Shown here piece by piece: positions 11,787 to 11,946 of a stretch of DNA of 11,946 nt (positions within the stretch are counted from its first letter, which is position 1; each line of letters begins with the position of its first letter). The notes under the pieces were generated by a model. It was given only the letters and a program-made list of their open reading frames with translations, ran no database searches and had not been told where the DNA came from. The DNA comes from a virus. The position numbers were made by a program, and so were the translations under genes. The stretch lies in IMG/VR virus record IMGVR_UViG_3300045988_024551, positions 1 through 11,946 of that record. One strand, given 5' to 3'.

Positions 11787-11946
11787 TATTTTTATGAAAG
11801 TTTAACAGTATTAACGGTGTGTTAAATGTGTTAAAGTGTGTTAACAATGACGGTACAAGCGACACAGCAAAAAGCGTGCCAAAGTGTGTTAGCAAGTGTT
11901 AAAAGATAGTTGGGAAATGTTAAATCTGCGTGTCTAGTGTACCTTT
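11719..11946. repeat. Right inverted terminal repeat (ITR-R), 228 bp
   Basis: Reverse complement of 1..228 with no mismatch. The window ends ...GTGTACCTTT. Confidence 0.95.

Noticed and set aside
1-11946. Apparent over-representation of GTTAAC (about 18 copies) and of CACGTG outside the ITRs (about 5 internal copies)
   Set aside because: The genome is very rich in GTT/AAC/ACG/CGT trinucleotides through codon usage on both strands, which can inflate these palindromes. Without a proper Markov expectation I cannot separate this from composition. Only the exact 12-16-nt ITR-type sites are reported.
1-11946. Firmicute host, suggested by the phi29-like gene set and the YvrJ-like small protein
   Set aside because: The three TTTG-N20-TAnnTTTG promoters and the complete lack of Shine-Dalgarno motifs argue more strongly for Bacteroidota. 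The YvrJ resemblance is a short motif recalled from memory.
1-11946. Search for a lysogeny or defence module (integrase, repressor, toxin-antitoxin, methyltransferase, tRNA)
   Set aside because: No ORF shows recombinase, HTH-repressor, methyltransferase or toxin motifs that I can recognise. No tRNA-like cloverleaf region is evident. The element looks strictly lytic and replicative.

Overview
The window appears to be a complete linear dsDNA phage genome of 11,946 bp. It is bounded exactly by perfect 228-bp inverted terminal repeats (5'-AAAGGTACAC...; the last 228 nt are the reverse complement). It encodes the hallmark set of a phi29-like, protein-primed podovirus: a family-B protein-primed DNA polymerase (736 aa, all exonuclease and polymerase motifs present), a candidate terminal protein immediately upstream, a gp16-type packaging ATPase, a gp10-type portal (connector), a gp8-type HK97-fold major capsid protein, a peptidase-M15 endolysin and a few tail proteins. 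I count about 15 genes. Four are on the + strand at the left end and eleven on the - strand, and the two blocks converge on a perfect bidirectional terminator at 1622-1655. Three promoters have the geometry TTTG-N20-TAnnTTTG and no gene has a Shine-Dalgarno sequence, which points to a Bacteroidota host rather than a Firmicute. No integrase, tRNA, CRISPR array or recognisable defence system is present. Points worth a second look: (1) the extreme minimalism of this tailed phage; (2) complete absence of GATC and GGCC and near absence of CCGG, CGCG and GCGC; (3) a tandem repeat at the portal 3' end that encodes a poly-acidic tail in the portal frame and a poly-basic tract in the +1 frame, which is continuous with the downstream gene; (4) structured ITRs with CACGTG-core imperfect palindromes and helically phased TTAACAC repeats, plus a related site at the internal late promoter; (5) no room for a pRNA, and the packaging ATPase moved into the replication operon; (6) a tail gene with three N-terminal repeat domains. 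All homology statements rest on motif recognition by eye, not on database searches.
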